DNA of 64,000 nt from Halobacteriota archaeon (GTDB lineage Archaea; Halobacteriota; Bog-38; Methanoflorentales; Methanoflorentaceae), in NCBI GenBank assembly GCA_050013755.1, contig JBEKER010000006.1:872-64871 (forward strand), read 5' to 3'. The translations under genes and the position numbers were made by a program. Shown one piece after another: positions 19,516 to 29,149 of the stretch. Within the stretch, counting starts at the first letter, position 1, and the number at the start of each line of letters is the position of its first letter. The notes below the pieces were generated by a model. That model had not been told where the DNA came from. It did not search any database and worked only from the letters and a program-made list of their open reading frames with translations.

Positions 19516-20275
19516 GCGTCACGCCTCCTTTTAGCAAATCAAATACGCCGACTACCATATCAAGCAGTTCTGGGAGTATCAGGAATACCAAGTAAGAGAT
19601 GAGTAGCAACGCACCCAAGGATCCAATTTTTGCAAGGACATCGTGCGACACGTAGAAACTGTTTTCCGGCAATCCAAACCATTGGTTGCCGGTAGCTGTT
19701 AGCACAAACGCATCACGAAGGATGTTTAGAACGTAGATTGTGGGGATCGAGACCATGAATGCCGCCAATTTTCTGCGCGGAGGGGCAGCAACGCACGATA
19801 TCACTCCAAGGAACAGTGCGATGCTTTCAATGCCAGTGCAGGCGAGAATGAACTGAACCGGGACGCCGTTAAGCGTCAACACGTTCCAATTGGCCTGTAC
19901 TGCCGGCACGCCGAAAGAGTTTAGTAGCAAGGCAGTCTGCGATGCCACTGCGTCTATCAAAACGTGGCTGAGAGACGAAAACTGTGCGAAGGAGAAGTAA
20001 AAAACGCCCCCTACTGCTGCGGCTTTGGTTATTAGCAATGTTAAGTCGTCAGCTTTCGTCCACATCATATAGCCGACGTAGCCGCAAAAAACGGCGACTA
20101 GAAGACATGCCAATACGTTGAAATAGTCGTCAATTGCGAGATAATAGACGGGCTGGTATGCCCAGTTCAGCGCGAAAAAAACCCAGCCGGCAGCTCCGAC
20201 CTGATACGCGACTTTACGCGGCGCAGCGATTGCTATTATAAAAAGAACGAGCGCAATCCACAACAAAGTTTGCAT
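19505..20275 (-). CDS. artA: Archaeosortase A (PGF-CTERM processing)
   Basis: It is a polytopic membrane protein with ILACTGIES (catalytic Cys context) and VLNILRD (conserved Arg). Being co-operonic with psd/pssA supports the call. Confidence 0.75.
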   Translation of the reverse strand: MQTLLWIALVLFIIAIAAPRKVAYQVGAAGWVFFALNWAYQPVYYLAIDDYFNVLACLLVAVFCGYVGYMMWTKADDLTLLITKAAAVGGVFYFSFAQFSSLSHVLIDAVASQTALLLNSFGVPAVQANWNVLTLNGVPVQFILACTGIESIALFLGVISCVAAPPRRKLAAFMVSIPTIYVLNILRDAFVLTATGNQWFGLPENSFYVSHDVLAKIGSLGALLLISYLVFLILPELLDMVVGVFDLLKGGVTRAS

Positions 20276-20492
20276 TAAGTCCACCAACGCCCCGTATCAC
20301 TACATCAGTACACAACGCCTTATAATAAAACTGGCATATAACCATTTTGACTCCGCTTTTTGGCGTTGTTCTTTTGATCTGCGGCCAGCGTTTGTCCGTG
20401 TTAGCGTGGCAGTAACGGCCTATATATTTATCGTACAAGAGACAAAGAAGTCATTCGTAAGAAGCGATGCGTCATCGGTATCTGTGATCGAA

Positions 20493-20810
20493 ATGGAATT
20501 CTGTCCAAAGTGCAAGAGTATTATGGTTCCTGAAGAAGGCTTCGTGAAGTGCCGGACGTGTGGTTTCACAAAAGAAAAAGGTCAATTAGATAAGAAGAAG
20601 CACCTTCACGAAATCTCTCGCAATACACGAACCATGTTGGTTATCGAAAGCGAGTCAGAAAACGGCAAGCCCACAATCAAGGCGCATTGCTCTGAATGTG
20701 GCAACGACAAAGCCTATTGGTGGCTTAGACAATTGCGTTCCGCCGATGAGAGCGAGGTGCGGTTCTTTCGATGTACGAAGTGCGGCAAGACGTGGCGAGA
20801 ATACGACTAG
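20493..20810 (+). CDS. tfs: Transcription factor S (TFIIS/RpoM-like)
   Basis: It has the N-terminal Zn ribbon MEFCPKCKS...CRTCG and the C-terminal ribbon CSECGN..AYWW..Q.RSADE....FF.C.KCG..W. Confidence 0.9.
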   Translation: MEFCPKCKSIMVPEEGFVKCRTCGFTKEKGQLDKKKHLHEISRNTRTMLVIESESENGKPTIKAHCSECGNDKAYWWLRQLRSADESEVRFFRCTKCGKTWREYD

Positions 20811-20945
20811 TTGCTAGAGATAACGCCTACGGACCGCTTACGCAAAAACGTGCCAGAAACACAGCGGACTTCGTCGGATACGCGAACCAATCGGATACAA
20901 CATTGAAACCTTAGTAGGTACGCAAGGCCGACTCAAGTTTTGCAA

Positions 20946-21632
20946 ATGGATATCGAAGTCGTACTGGTAAATCCTGTTTATGAAGGGAACGTGGGCGCTG
21001 TGGCTCGCGTTATGAAGAACTTTGGTTATTCGGAGCTGACACTGGTCAACCCGTGTGAGCTGGGGGCTTTCGCACGAGCGATGGCGTCGCATGCCCAGGA
21101 TGTTCTCGACGCAGCGCGGCGTAAGACACTTGAAGATGTTTTAGTTGCTTCCAATTTGGTGATAGGAACGACTGGAATTGCCGGGTCAAGAGCTAGTCTT
21201 AGGGCGCCGTACCAACTTGCGAGGCTCGGAGTCAAGCTCGCCGAAATGCGCGGCATCGCCTCAATACTGTTTGGCGCTGAGGATCAGGGACTCTCGAATG
21301 AAGTGTTACAAGAATGCGACGTTGTCGTCAACGTCGAAACAAGCACGAAATATCCAGTAATGAACATCTCGCACGCTGCTGCAGTAATATTGTACAGTAT
21401 AGCTACCGCTACGACTCCTGCCGCAAGACGAACGGTCGCAACCCACGCTGACCTGGACCGATTGCTTCAGCATACCAGCGAAGTTCTCGAAGAAATCGAT
21501 TTTCCGGCGCACAAACGGCGTCGCGTGCTTCTCAACCTTAAGCGCATCTGTGGCAGATCAGAACTGAGTAGTTCAGAGGTGAGAACGCTTAGAGGCGTAC
21601 TTAACAGAATAGAACTCCGTCTCAGACGATGA
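20946..21632 (+). CDS. SpoU/TrmJ-family RNA 2'-O-methyltransferase
   Basis: It has VVLVNPVYEGNVGAVARVMKNFG, LFGAEDQGLSNE and MNISHAAAVILY (SPOUT knot motifs). Confidence 0.75.
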   Translation: MDIEVVLVNPVYEGNVGAVARVMKNFGYSELTLVNPCELGAFARAMASHAQDVLDAARRKTLEDVLVASNLVIGTTGIAGSRASLRAPYQLARLGVKLAEMRGIASILFGAEDQGLSNEVLQECDVVVNVETSTKYPVMNISHAAAVILYSIATATTPAARRTVATHADLDRLLQHTSEVLEEIDFPAHKRRRVLLNLKRICGRSELSSSEVRTLRGVLNRIELRLRR

Positions 21633-21634
21633 GG

Positions 21635-22489
21635 TCACTTGAGGTACTTTCCCACAATCGGACGAAGCTTTTCGAACACCTCGTCTGAAATGGCCTCTGG
21701 GCTTGTCACTATAGCGTCCTTCAGTGCGTGTCTGCACTGGCACGCGCTGTTGGTTATTGGGAGGTGGGGCACCACCTCCTGGATAATTCTTTGTGTGGTG
21801 GCGGCATTTCTCTTGACGTTGTTTATGACCGTTTCAATAGTCACCTCTTCCTCGCGCCAGACGTCGTAATCAGTAACAGTGGCCAGCATGCTGAAGCACA
21901 TCTCTGCCTCTCTCGCGAGTTTTGCCTCCGGCAGTGCCGTCATTCCGATGATGTCGAACCCCATATGCCGATATGCGTTCGATTCTGCGCGGGTCGAAAA
22001 TTGCGGGCCCTCAATGCAGATGTACGTACCACCTTTCGTAACACTACAGGCGACCCGTTGCGCCGCGCGATACAATTCCTGTGACAAGCCGTGACAAAAT
22101 GGGTCGGCGAAGCTTATGTGCACGCAAATATCCTCAAAAAATGTATTTGATCGTAGCGTAGTCCTGTCAAAAAGTTGGTCGGGGATGACTATCTCAAGTG
22201 GCCGTATCTTCTCGCTGAGGCTCCCTACCGCGGAGATTGCGATGACAGTTGTGATACCCAAGCTTTTCAGGGCGTAGATGTTCGCGCGATAATCTATGCG
22301 GCTCGGCGAGAAACGGTGTCCTGCTCCGTGTCTGGCCAAAAAAGCGCAAGCTTTGCCTTCCACTAGTCCGACGGTAACGTCGCTCGAAGGAGGACCAAAT
22401 GGGGTACTTATCCCCAGCGTTGTCGCATCTTCGAGAAGGTCGGGATTGTAAAAACCGGTGCCGCCTACAAACGCAATTTCAGCGTTCAT
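21635..22489 (-). CDS. mtnP: S-methyl-5'-thioadenosine phosphorylase
   Basis: It has IAFVGGTGFY, FLARHG.GH...P..I.YRANIYALK.LG, SAVGSL and GMT..PEA.LAREAE.C. The ATG at 22489 overlaps the upstream stop (ATGA). The longer track ORF (start 22645) adds a non-conserved extension. Confidence 0.9.
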   Translation of the reverse strand: MNAEIAFVGGTGFYNPDLLEDATTLGISTPFGPPSSDVTVGLVEGKACAFLARHGAGHRFSPSRIDYRANIYALKSLGITTVIAISAVGSLSEKIRPLEIVIPDQLFDRTTLRSNTFFEDICVHISFADPFCHGLSQELYRAAQRVACSVTKGGTYICIEGPQFSTRAESNAYRHMGFDIIGMTALPEAKLAREAEMCFSMLATVTDYDVWREEEVTIETVINNVKRNAATTQRIIQEVVPHLPITNSACQCRHALKDAIVTSPEAISDEVFEKLRPIVGKYLK

Positions 22490-23172
22490 TTTAGCTTCCA
22501 GCCCCCTTGACCAAGTGCTAGAACCCCTCTCCTCTGCATCTCTTTCAAGATCTCCGGCAGGCGTCTTGGTTGAGCTATGTCCAAATGAATGGGGTCGATC
22601 GAGAACCAATGGTTCAGCCCCGCTTTGATTGACTTTTCGTTCCACACCTCTTTTCTCTCCTTGGCCATAAGTTTCGTTATTAAGTCAATCATATCTTCGA
22701 TAAAATTCCACGGATACACCACCCACATCCAATCTTCGAGAAACTCAGCAAAGTAATCAGGCGTCGTTTCTGAAGTGAAGAGCAGCTGCAGTACCCCCGT
22801 CCTGCAGTCAGCCGGTTTGAACTCTTTCACGTAGTCTGAAGCGTGTTGAAGGCTTTTTCCTGTGTCCGCAATGTCGTCTACGATAAGCACCCGTTTGTCT
22901 TTAACCATCTCTTCTGCGATCGGGTATCGAACTCTGCACTCGTCTGCCAAGCGAGCAGTTCCCACGTAGTGTTCAACCTTGAGGCTGATTAAATCCGAAA
23001 TGCCGAGAAAATCGCAAATCATACGGCCAGCAAACCAGCCCCCGCGCGCGAGCGCTACGACGACATCTGGCTCGTATCCTGACTCCACGACACTTGATGA
23101 CAAATCGCGACACAAGTCATAGATATAGTTCCAATTCGTCACCGTGCATTTGATCTTTTCAGGAAGAGCCAT
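22486..23172 (-). CDS. Purine phosphoribosyltransferase (type I PRTase) with C-terminal extension
   Basis: It has the PRPP-binding motif VLIVDDIADTGKSL and ALARGG. It is translationally coupled to mtnP, which suggests adenine/purine salvage. Confidence 0.7.
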   Translation of the reverse strand: MALPEKIKCTVTNWNYIYDLCRDLSSSVVESGYEPDVVVALARGGWFAGRMICDFLGISDLISLKVEHYVGTARLADECRVRYPIAEEMVKDKRVLIVDDIADTGKSLQHASDYVKEFKPADCRTGVLQLLFTSETTPDYFAEFLEDWMWVVYPWNFIEDMIDLITKLMAKERKEVWNEKSIKAGLNHWFSIDPIHLDIAQPRRLPEILKEMQRRGVLALGQGGWKLK

Positions 23173-23291
23173 GGATCATCCCTCGAGAAATCATAATATA
23201 TATTTCTACCTGTTCTATGTTGAACGGGAATGGAAAAGGAATATCATACAGCAAATGCTATTAGAGAGCGGTGGTTTAAAGGAGTTTTCCT

Positions 23292-23744
23292 ATGCGACTT
23301 GAACAAGAAGATCTTAACGCGATAGGCGAAATAGTAGTGAGTCGCTATTTCAAAAAGGGCGGCCTCAAGTATACCAGTTTGAGAGATCCGCGGAGAATTT
23401 TTAAAGCGTACAACGAGGTTGACGAGCAGTACACGGCGTATCCTCACATGAGTCGTGACTGGTACGTCTCCAACTCTGTCGATAAAGATGCATACATCGC
23501 AAGAACGTGGAAGGAACTCAAAAAGCTAGTAGATTTTTTGAATGACTTGAACGACAAAACCCTCTACAACTTTGTAGTCCGCGCGGACGGCGAGCTCGCG
23601 CTAGCCAAAGTCGAAACGCAACGATCGGAGGTTTCAAAAGAGGCCGCGGCGATCGCGAGGAGGCACGATTACAAACTCTACCTCTTCACCGTCAAGGTCC
23701 CCAGCAATCTTGAGTACGACGTGGATGTTGTGAACGGCGAGTGA
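23292..23744 (+). CDS. Hypothetical protein (150 aa)
   Basis: The ATG is preceded by AAAGGAG with about 7 nt spacing. The ORF does not overlap neighbours and has protein-like composition. I recognise no family. Confidence 0.5.
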   Translation: MRLEQEDLNAIGEIVVSRYFKKGGLKYTSLRDPRRIFKAYNEVDEQYTAYPHMSRDWYVSNSVDKDAYIARTWKELKKLVDFLNDLNDKTLYNFVVRADGELALAKVETQRSEVSKEAAAIARRHDYKLYLFTVKVPSNLEYDVDVVNGE

Positions 23745-23753
23745 GTCACACGC

Positions 23754-24503
23754 TCAGTGCGCGAGAGACCTCAGCCGCTTCTGCATGAGAGCGTACGACG
23801 CTTTCAAGTTCTCTAGGTTATCAAACGTTGCTTTGAGCAAGTCCAGCTCATCTTGGTTGGTTTCACTTTTCCAGTGCTTCGCAAAACTAACGAGATTCTT
23901 GAACGCTCGTGTCACTTCGTCGACGATTGTAACGGTGCTCGCTACTGCAGTTCGAGAAAGCGGATTTAGATCGACAGTCAAAACGGTTTTTCCGAGTTTA
24001 GTCAACGCTTGAGCTCTATCGCCGTCTTCCAGCGGAACGAATACCACATCGGCTTGGAATATCCCGTTCTTGTCGACGTTTGCCCTGTCACTTGCTATGT
24101 GCGCGAGTTTGACGAAATCGAACCCGGTCAAAACGTTTGCTACGCCGTACGCGTGCAAGTGATCTGCAATTCTTTTTACCCGCTGTGCTGATGGATGAAA
24201 CAGATTAATCTCTACGGGGATGCCCGTAACTGCGTGCAACTCGGCGATTTCGCCTGGCACGAGTGTGGCGGTGTTCCCATTAACTGAGAGAACGGGGTAG
24301 TTTGCGGTGAGCAAATGGGCACACGCAACTTTGGTAGCGTTGCGCGCACTCTCGCTCGTTTGCTCCCCCAGTAGATAATCAAACGCTTCGCCTCTCCCGT
24401 GTGCAATAAGGCCGTGAGCACTGGCGATGCCTCGTTCATAGCCATCTACCAGTTTATTGCGTAACATCAGTGATGCGTAACGGGGATGTTCTTCAGAAAC
24501 CAT
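23754..24503 (-). CDS. 4-phosphopantoate--beta-alanine ligase (archaeal phosphopantothenate synthetase)
   Basis: HPRY.SL..R..L..G...G......GLIAHGRGEAFDYLLGE.T...A......A.LL.A..PV.SVNGN.A.L resembles the COG1701/DUF137 family. Confidence 0.75.
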   Translation of the reverse strand: MVSEEHPRYASLMLRNKLVDGYERGIASAHGLIAHGRGEAFDYLLGEQTSESARNATKVACAHLLTANYPVLSVNGNTATLVPGEIAELHAVTGIPVEINLFHPSAQRVKRIADHLHAYGVANVLTGFDFVKLAHIASDRANVDKNGIFQADVVFVPLEDGDRAQALTKLGKTVLTVDLNPLSRTAVASTVTIVDEVTRAFKNLVSFAKHWKSETNQDELDLLKATFDNLENLKASYALMQKRLRSLAH

Positions 24504-24589
24504 AGTCGCTTGACGCGGGCGTCATTTCGTCTGATATAGCGCCCTTCACAACCCTTTGTATATAAGCCTTCAGTGACAGACATGCTGTT

Positions 24590-25720
24590 GTGAGGTCGGG
24601 AAACTTAACTCGAAAAGAGCTCCTGCTGAACTCCTTTAAGCTAGGTAGATTAGAGAAGGATCTATTTGGTGCGACGCCACCCTCCACGTTTGTCGGTAGA
24701 TTCGGTTACCCTGAAGTTCTTGCGGGACCGTTGGTTTCCCCTATAGTAGGGGAGCCGGCACTTGCGGATACGCCGGACAAGTGGCTTCACTTCAGCAGAG
24801 AGCAAATAATCGGGCTGAGGTCTAATCTGGTCCGATCAAATTTCAAGTTGAACGTACGAGATGCGCAAGATCCTGATCGACTGCTCATGGAGACGCAGGA
24901 GCTTGCAATGGCAGCGCTTCCGGTCGATGTAGAGGTAAAGTTCTTGAAGCCGCCGAAGCGCACGCTTCGTTTTGACAGCATACTCACGCCTATGGGCCCG
25001 TCGGGCACCGTGACCGACATAGAGATAGTTGAGAATCCGCACGTGCCAAGGAAAGTGGATATGCTTACCGATGATCGGGACATCAAGGCCGCAGAGGCGG
25101 CAACCATTTTGTATGAGGACTCAATATCTCCCTATCAAATAAGTCGGCTTCTGTCGGTCGGCACGTTGGGGAAAAAACGTTTGATCGTGCCCACACGTTG
25201 GTCTATCACAGCAACCGATTCCATTCTGGGCAACAGTTTGTTGAAACGGGTGCGCAATTACCCAGAGTACGCAGAGGTTCAGCTCTTTATTTCAGAAGCT
25301 TTCGGAAACCACTTCGAGATTCTGCTGATCCCTCGCGCGTATGCTTTCGGATGGACGGAAATGTGGCTTTCGGAGGCGGGAAAGGCCGAGATTGGCGACT
25401 TGTATGAAGATGCGATAAACAAGCCCGGATATATGGATGGGGGCTATTACGCAGCCCGATTCTCTGCGCTCGAGTTTCTTGATCAGCGAAGGAGGCAGGC
25501 CGCAATATACGTGATGCGTGAAGTCAAACCCACGTATGATATTCCTCTCGGAAGCTGGGTTATTCGAGAGCTCGTGAAGCAGGCTTTCTTCCAACAACCT
25601 CTGACATTTGAAAGTATCGCGGATGCCTTACGGAGCGTCCGGGCCCGTGTCAAAGTTCCCGCCAACACTCTTTTTTTGAAAAAACAGCTATCGCAGACAA
25701 ATCTCGCGCAGTTTAGTTGA
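24590..25720 (+). CDS. Nre-family DNA repair protein
   Basis: It has LFG.TPPS.FVGR.GYP.V..GP..., VPTRWSITA.DS and GGYYAAR. The GTG start at 24590 lies about 29 nt after a TATA-like TTTGTATATAAG, so the transcript is possibly leaderless. The N-terminal Zn-finger seen in some family members is not present. Confidence 0.65.
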   Translation: MRSGNLTRKELLLNSFKLGRLEKDLFGATPPSTFVGRFGYPEVLAGPLVSPIVGEPALADTPDKWLHFSREQIIGLRSNLVRSNFKLNVRDAQDPDRLLMETQELAMAALPVDVEVKFLKPPKRTLRFDSILTPMGPSGTVTDIEIVENPHVPRKVDMLTDDRDIKAAEAATILYEDSISPYQISRLLSVGTLGKKRLIVPTRWSITATDSILGNSLLKRVRNYPEYAEVQLFISEAFGNHFEILLIPRAYAFGWTEMWLSEAGKAEIGDLYEDAINKPGYMDGGYYAARFSALEFLDQRRRQAAIYVMREVKPTYDIPLGSWVIRELVKQAFFQQPLTFESIADALRSVRARVKVPANTLFLKKQLSQTNLAQFS

Positions 25721-25867
25721 ATGAAAAGTTTGGGGACAGCATATGCTAGCGTATAGCGGCAGCAGCGTTAAAATGAATCCCAAAACTTATTACTTCTGGA
25801 GTTAAGCCACAAGTTAAGATCGGCACTGATCCGGTCTGAGCGAAGCAAACTGGAACGAGGAGTGTAA

Positions 25868-26968
25868 ATGGCCGTAAAAGTCGCAATAAATGGTTATGGA
25901 AACATCGGTAAGCGGGTCGCAGACGCAGTAGCGAAGCAGGATGACATGAAGTTAGTCGGAGTGGCAAAAACGCGGCCAAATTTTGAAGCCTTTGTCGCTG
26001 TTCAGAAGGGCTACACCCTCTATGCATCTGAAGAGGACAAGATAGCCGCTTTTAATGCCGCAGGCTTGGAGGTCGCCGGCACAACGATGGACATGCTAGG
26101 CGAAGCTGACGTTGTGGTGGATGCAACCCCGGAAGGAATGGGTGCGCAGAACCTGGAAGCGATTTATAAGAAGCTAGGCATTAAGGCTATATTTGAAGGC
26201 GGGGAGAAACATAACGCGATTGGAGCCTCATTTAACGCCTACTGCAACTATCAGGAAGCCCTTGGCAAGAGTTACGTTCGGGTCGTATCCTGCAATACGA
26301 CCGGATTGTGTCGCTCTCTGTCCGCGATAGATAATGTCGCTGGCATCAAGAAGGCGCGAATCGTCCTCGTGCGCAGGGGTGCTGACCCTATACAAGTCAA
26401 GAAAGGACCGATAAACGCGATTATTCCGAACCCGCCGACGGTTCCGTCGCACCACGGCCCAGACGTGAATACCGTGATGCCGGGGTGGGACGTCGCGACG
26501 ATGGCAGTGCTCGTCTCTACAACGCTTATGCACCAGCATAACCTTATGATCGAAGTCGAAAACAGCGTCTCTCGTGAAGATGTGCTTAAGGAGTTTTATA
26601 GCCGTATGAGGCTGATGTTGGTGCGGGCAGGAGATGGGTTAGGCTCTACCGCAGAGATTATCGAGTTAAGCAGAGACCTTGGAAGGCCGCGTTATGACCT
26701 CTGGGAGATCCCGATTTGGGAAGAAAGCGTTAACGTCGTAGGCAAAGAGGTATTCTACATGCAGGCCGTTCATCAAGAGGCCGACATAATTCTGGACAAT
26801 ATCGATTGCATTAGGGCGGTCACGGAGACTGAAAAAGATCCACAAGCGTCGATCCGAAAAACTGACAAAGCAATGGGAGTTATGGGCTCTTTTAGGCCGC
26901 CGCAGTGCCTCGAGGACAATCCTGAGGAGCTTCGCGAAATTCACCGCAAGTCGTGGGGGACCGAATAA
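25868..26968 (+). CDS. gap: Archaeal (type II) glyceraldehyde-3-phosphate dehydrogenase
   Basis: It has [22 protein letters not shown] (catalytic Cys) and [12 protein letters not shown] lies upstream of the ATG. It carries an unusual C-terminal tail of about 30 aa. Confidence 0.9.
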   Translation: MAVKVAINGYGNIGKRVADAVAKQDDMKLVGVAKTRPNFEAFVAVQKGYTLYASEEDKIAAFNAAGLEVAGTTMDMLGEADVVVDATPEGMGAQNLEAIYKKLGIKAIFEGGEKHNAIGASFNAYCNYQEALGKSYVRVVSCNTTGLCRSLSAIDNVAGIKKARIVLVRRGADPIQVKKGPINAIIPNPPTVPSHHGPDVNTVMPGWDVATMAVLVSTTLMHQHNLMIEVENSVSREDVLKEFYSRMRLMLVRAGDGLGSTAEIIELSRDLGRPRYDLWEIPIWEESVNVVGKEVFYMQAVHQEADIILDNIDCIRAVTETEKDPQASIRKTDKAMGVMGSFRPPQCLEDNPEELREIHRKSWGTE

Positions 26969-27404
26969 CCCGCAAAAAAGCCGTTGACGCGCGAAAAAAG
27001 CACCCAGAGAACGAAACGCGCGCCTGCGCTGCGGTCGAAGCGAACGCCTCGTTGCTTTGCTGGGTTTTGTAGTGTTCAACGAGACTGACTCACTGGCAAA
27101 GCGTAGTTCGAGTCAGCAGTGTGCCCGTCGATCGAAGACATTGAAAATCTCCGAGTCAAAGCGCATTGAAACGATCTGGGATAATGCCAAGAACGTGATA
27201 GGGAAACAAAAGTTGCGATGATCGCTCCTAGGGCTAGTTGAAACTCGCCCTCCCCTCGACCAGCATGCGGCCTGTTCAGGAACTATTCGTCGAGCCGCTC
27301 GATCGAGACTCGCCGCCAATAACGCCAGGCCCGTTTGACGGTTTGCGAGTCGAGTCCGATAGTTTGATATCGTCCGAGATAACGGCACAGAATGAAGTGA
27401 AAAA

Positions 27405-28202
27405 ATGAAGTATACGCAGTTGGATATCGCTCCGACCATCAGCTCACTGTTAGGATTCGAGATCCCTGACAAAGACGGGCGCGAGATCAAAGAGATCGGT
27501 GCCTACTGCGCGGACAAGAATATTGATCAAATACTACTCATAGTAGTCGACGGTGTTGGGGCCGCACTGTATAAGAAATTGGACGGTGCTCTGGCGCAGT
27601 TGCAGGCTCTTTCGGATGACGGTCTCTTTTTTGAGATCCATTCGCTGCCCCCTAGGATAACGACTCCAAATATAGGCACTATCTTGACGGGCTATGCTCC
27701 GGAGCATCACCTTCTGTATGAAGTAGCTGATACGTTTTATACACCGGTAAGATCGATTCTTGAGATTGCAAGCGATAGCGGGATCAAGTCGGGCATAGTG
27801 ATAGAACTGTTAGGGGCGAAAGCGATGCTAAATCGAGTCGATCTCGCCATTGGTGTGGAAAACCTTCACGGGATTATTGATTACGATCGAAGGATAACCG
27901 ATCTGGCACTTAAGGCGTTCAGTTTGGAAGGAATAAGGTTACTGATGATACATCTGCGGGCAATCGATAACTGCGCACACCACTACGCGAAAGCGTGGGA
28001 TGATCTTGCTTTTTCAGCACAAACGATCGATGAGAATTTGGAGCGGATCTGTCGCGGCTTGAGCCGGCCAACGTTGATCCTAGCAACCTCCGACCATCCT
28101 ATCCACGTCGAAAAATGGGCGCACCTTGAAGACAATAACACTGACGTCCCACTGATTGCCAGCTATGTGAACGTAGCTAGCGGCCCAAATAAAGGAGAAT
28201 AA
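27405..28202 (+). CDS. Alkaline-phosphatase-superfamily protein (nucleotide pyrophosphatase/phosphodiesterase-like)
   Basis: It has LLIVVDGVG (metal Asp), PRITTPNIGTILTGYAPEHH (Thr nucleophile context), IDNCAHHY and TSDHPIH. Confidence 0.6.
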   Translation: MKYTQLDIAPTISSLLGFEIPDKDGREIKEIGAYCADKNIDQILLIVVDGVGAALYKKLDGALAQLQALSDDGLFFEIHSLPPRITTPNIGTILTGYAPEHHLLYEVADTFYTPVRSILEIASDSGIKSGIVIELLGAKAMLNRVDLAIGVENLHGIIDYDRRITDLALKAFSLEGIRLLMIHLRAIDNCAHHYAKAWDDLAFSAQTIDENLERICRGLSRPTLILATSDHPIHVEKWAHLEDNNTDVPLIASYVNVASGPNKGE

Positions 28203-28276
28203 CGGCGCCGACGTTCTATGTCGGCCTCTGCCGACGTCATGGTTAAGTCTATCAATCTCTGGTTCACAAGAGTTAG

Positions 28277-29140
28277 ATGATGAAAGACAGACACGTCATG
28301 GAAGCTATGGGAAAAGCTTACGTCGTGGTCGAAGACGGACACGTGGTTGAGGTTGGAGAACCGTTAATCGAACGGTGTCCAATTTTTGCAAAGGCGCGCG
28401 GCATTCAAGAGATTAATCAAGAGGTAGTAAAGCAGAATATCGAGTTCCGGATTCGCGATTTTGGCATGTGTACAGGCGAGCGGGCCATCGAGATGGAGGT
28501 TTTTGTTGGCTTTGGCGCGTCTGAAGTGATGATGACTGGACTCCGGCGGGGTTTGATTGACGCTAGTGTTTCGGTTTGTGAGGGTGTTGGCACCGTTATC
28601 ACGTCCAGTCCTACCCTCACGCAAGGGATTGGAGCGCGGATTTCCGGCGTCATAGAAACGACCCTGATTCCGAAGCTGAAGAATCGAGTCGAAGAAAAAG
28701 GAGGAATTCTGCTTGATGGGAACAACGCCATTATTAATCAGCCGTTGGGCGTTGCTCGCGCTATAGAAATGGGTTTCGAGCGCGTGGCTGTCACCGTTGC
28801 GACGCTCTTTGACGCTCAGCAATGTCGCCTTATCGAGCGCGAAACGGGAGCCGCCGTAGTTATCATCGGCGTGCACGTAACCGGAATGGAACAGGACGTC
28901 GCGAGCGATTTCATTGACGCGGTAGACATAACTACAGGCTGTGCGTCGCGAGTGATCAGAGAGACTGTCGGCAACAAAGCGCTCGCACAAGTTGGAACTG
29001 GGGTGCCACTGTTCGCTTTGTCGCAAAAGGGAAAAGAGCTGCTGCTCGAGAGAGCCAAGGAAGTCACGACCCCGATTCTTATCAACACGATGAAACTGCC
29101 GGTCCTGCCAGAAGATAAGCAACCAAGGCCTTTGATATGA
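28277..29140 (+). CDS. Methanogenesis marker protein 8 (DUF2099)
   Basis: HVMEAMGKAYVVVEDGHVVEVGEP.I..CP.FAK.RGI.EI....V..NIEFRI.DFGM.T..R......FVGFGASE.MMT.L..GL.DA.V.VC.G.GTVIT matches my memory of the marker-8 family. Confidence 0.7.
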   Translation: MMKDRHVMEAMGKAYVVVEDGHVVEVGEPLIERCPIFAKARGIQEINQEVVKQNIEFRIRDFGMCTGERAIEMEVFVGFGASEVMMTGLRRGLIDASVSVCEGVGTVITSSPTLTQGIGARISGVIETTLIPKLKNRVEEKGGILLDGNNAIINQPLGVARAIEMGFERVAVTVATLFDAQQCRLIERETGAAVVIIGVHVTGMEQDVASDFIDAVDITTGCASRVIRETVGNKALAQVGTGVPLFALSQKGKELLLERAKEVTTPILINTMKLPVLPEDKQPRPLI

Positions 29141-29149
29141 GGGTATCCA

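Noticed and set aside
28364-29122. A 252-aa ORF lies on the - strand, fully antisense to the methanogenesis marker 8 gene.
   Set aside because: The translation is low-complexity (R/S/N-rich) with no recognisable motifs. The + strand frame encodes a well-conserved family. It is a typical shadow ORF of a GC-balanced gene.
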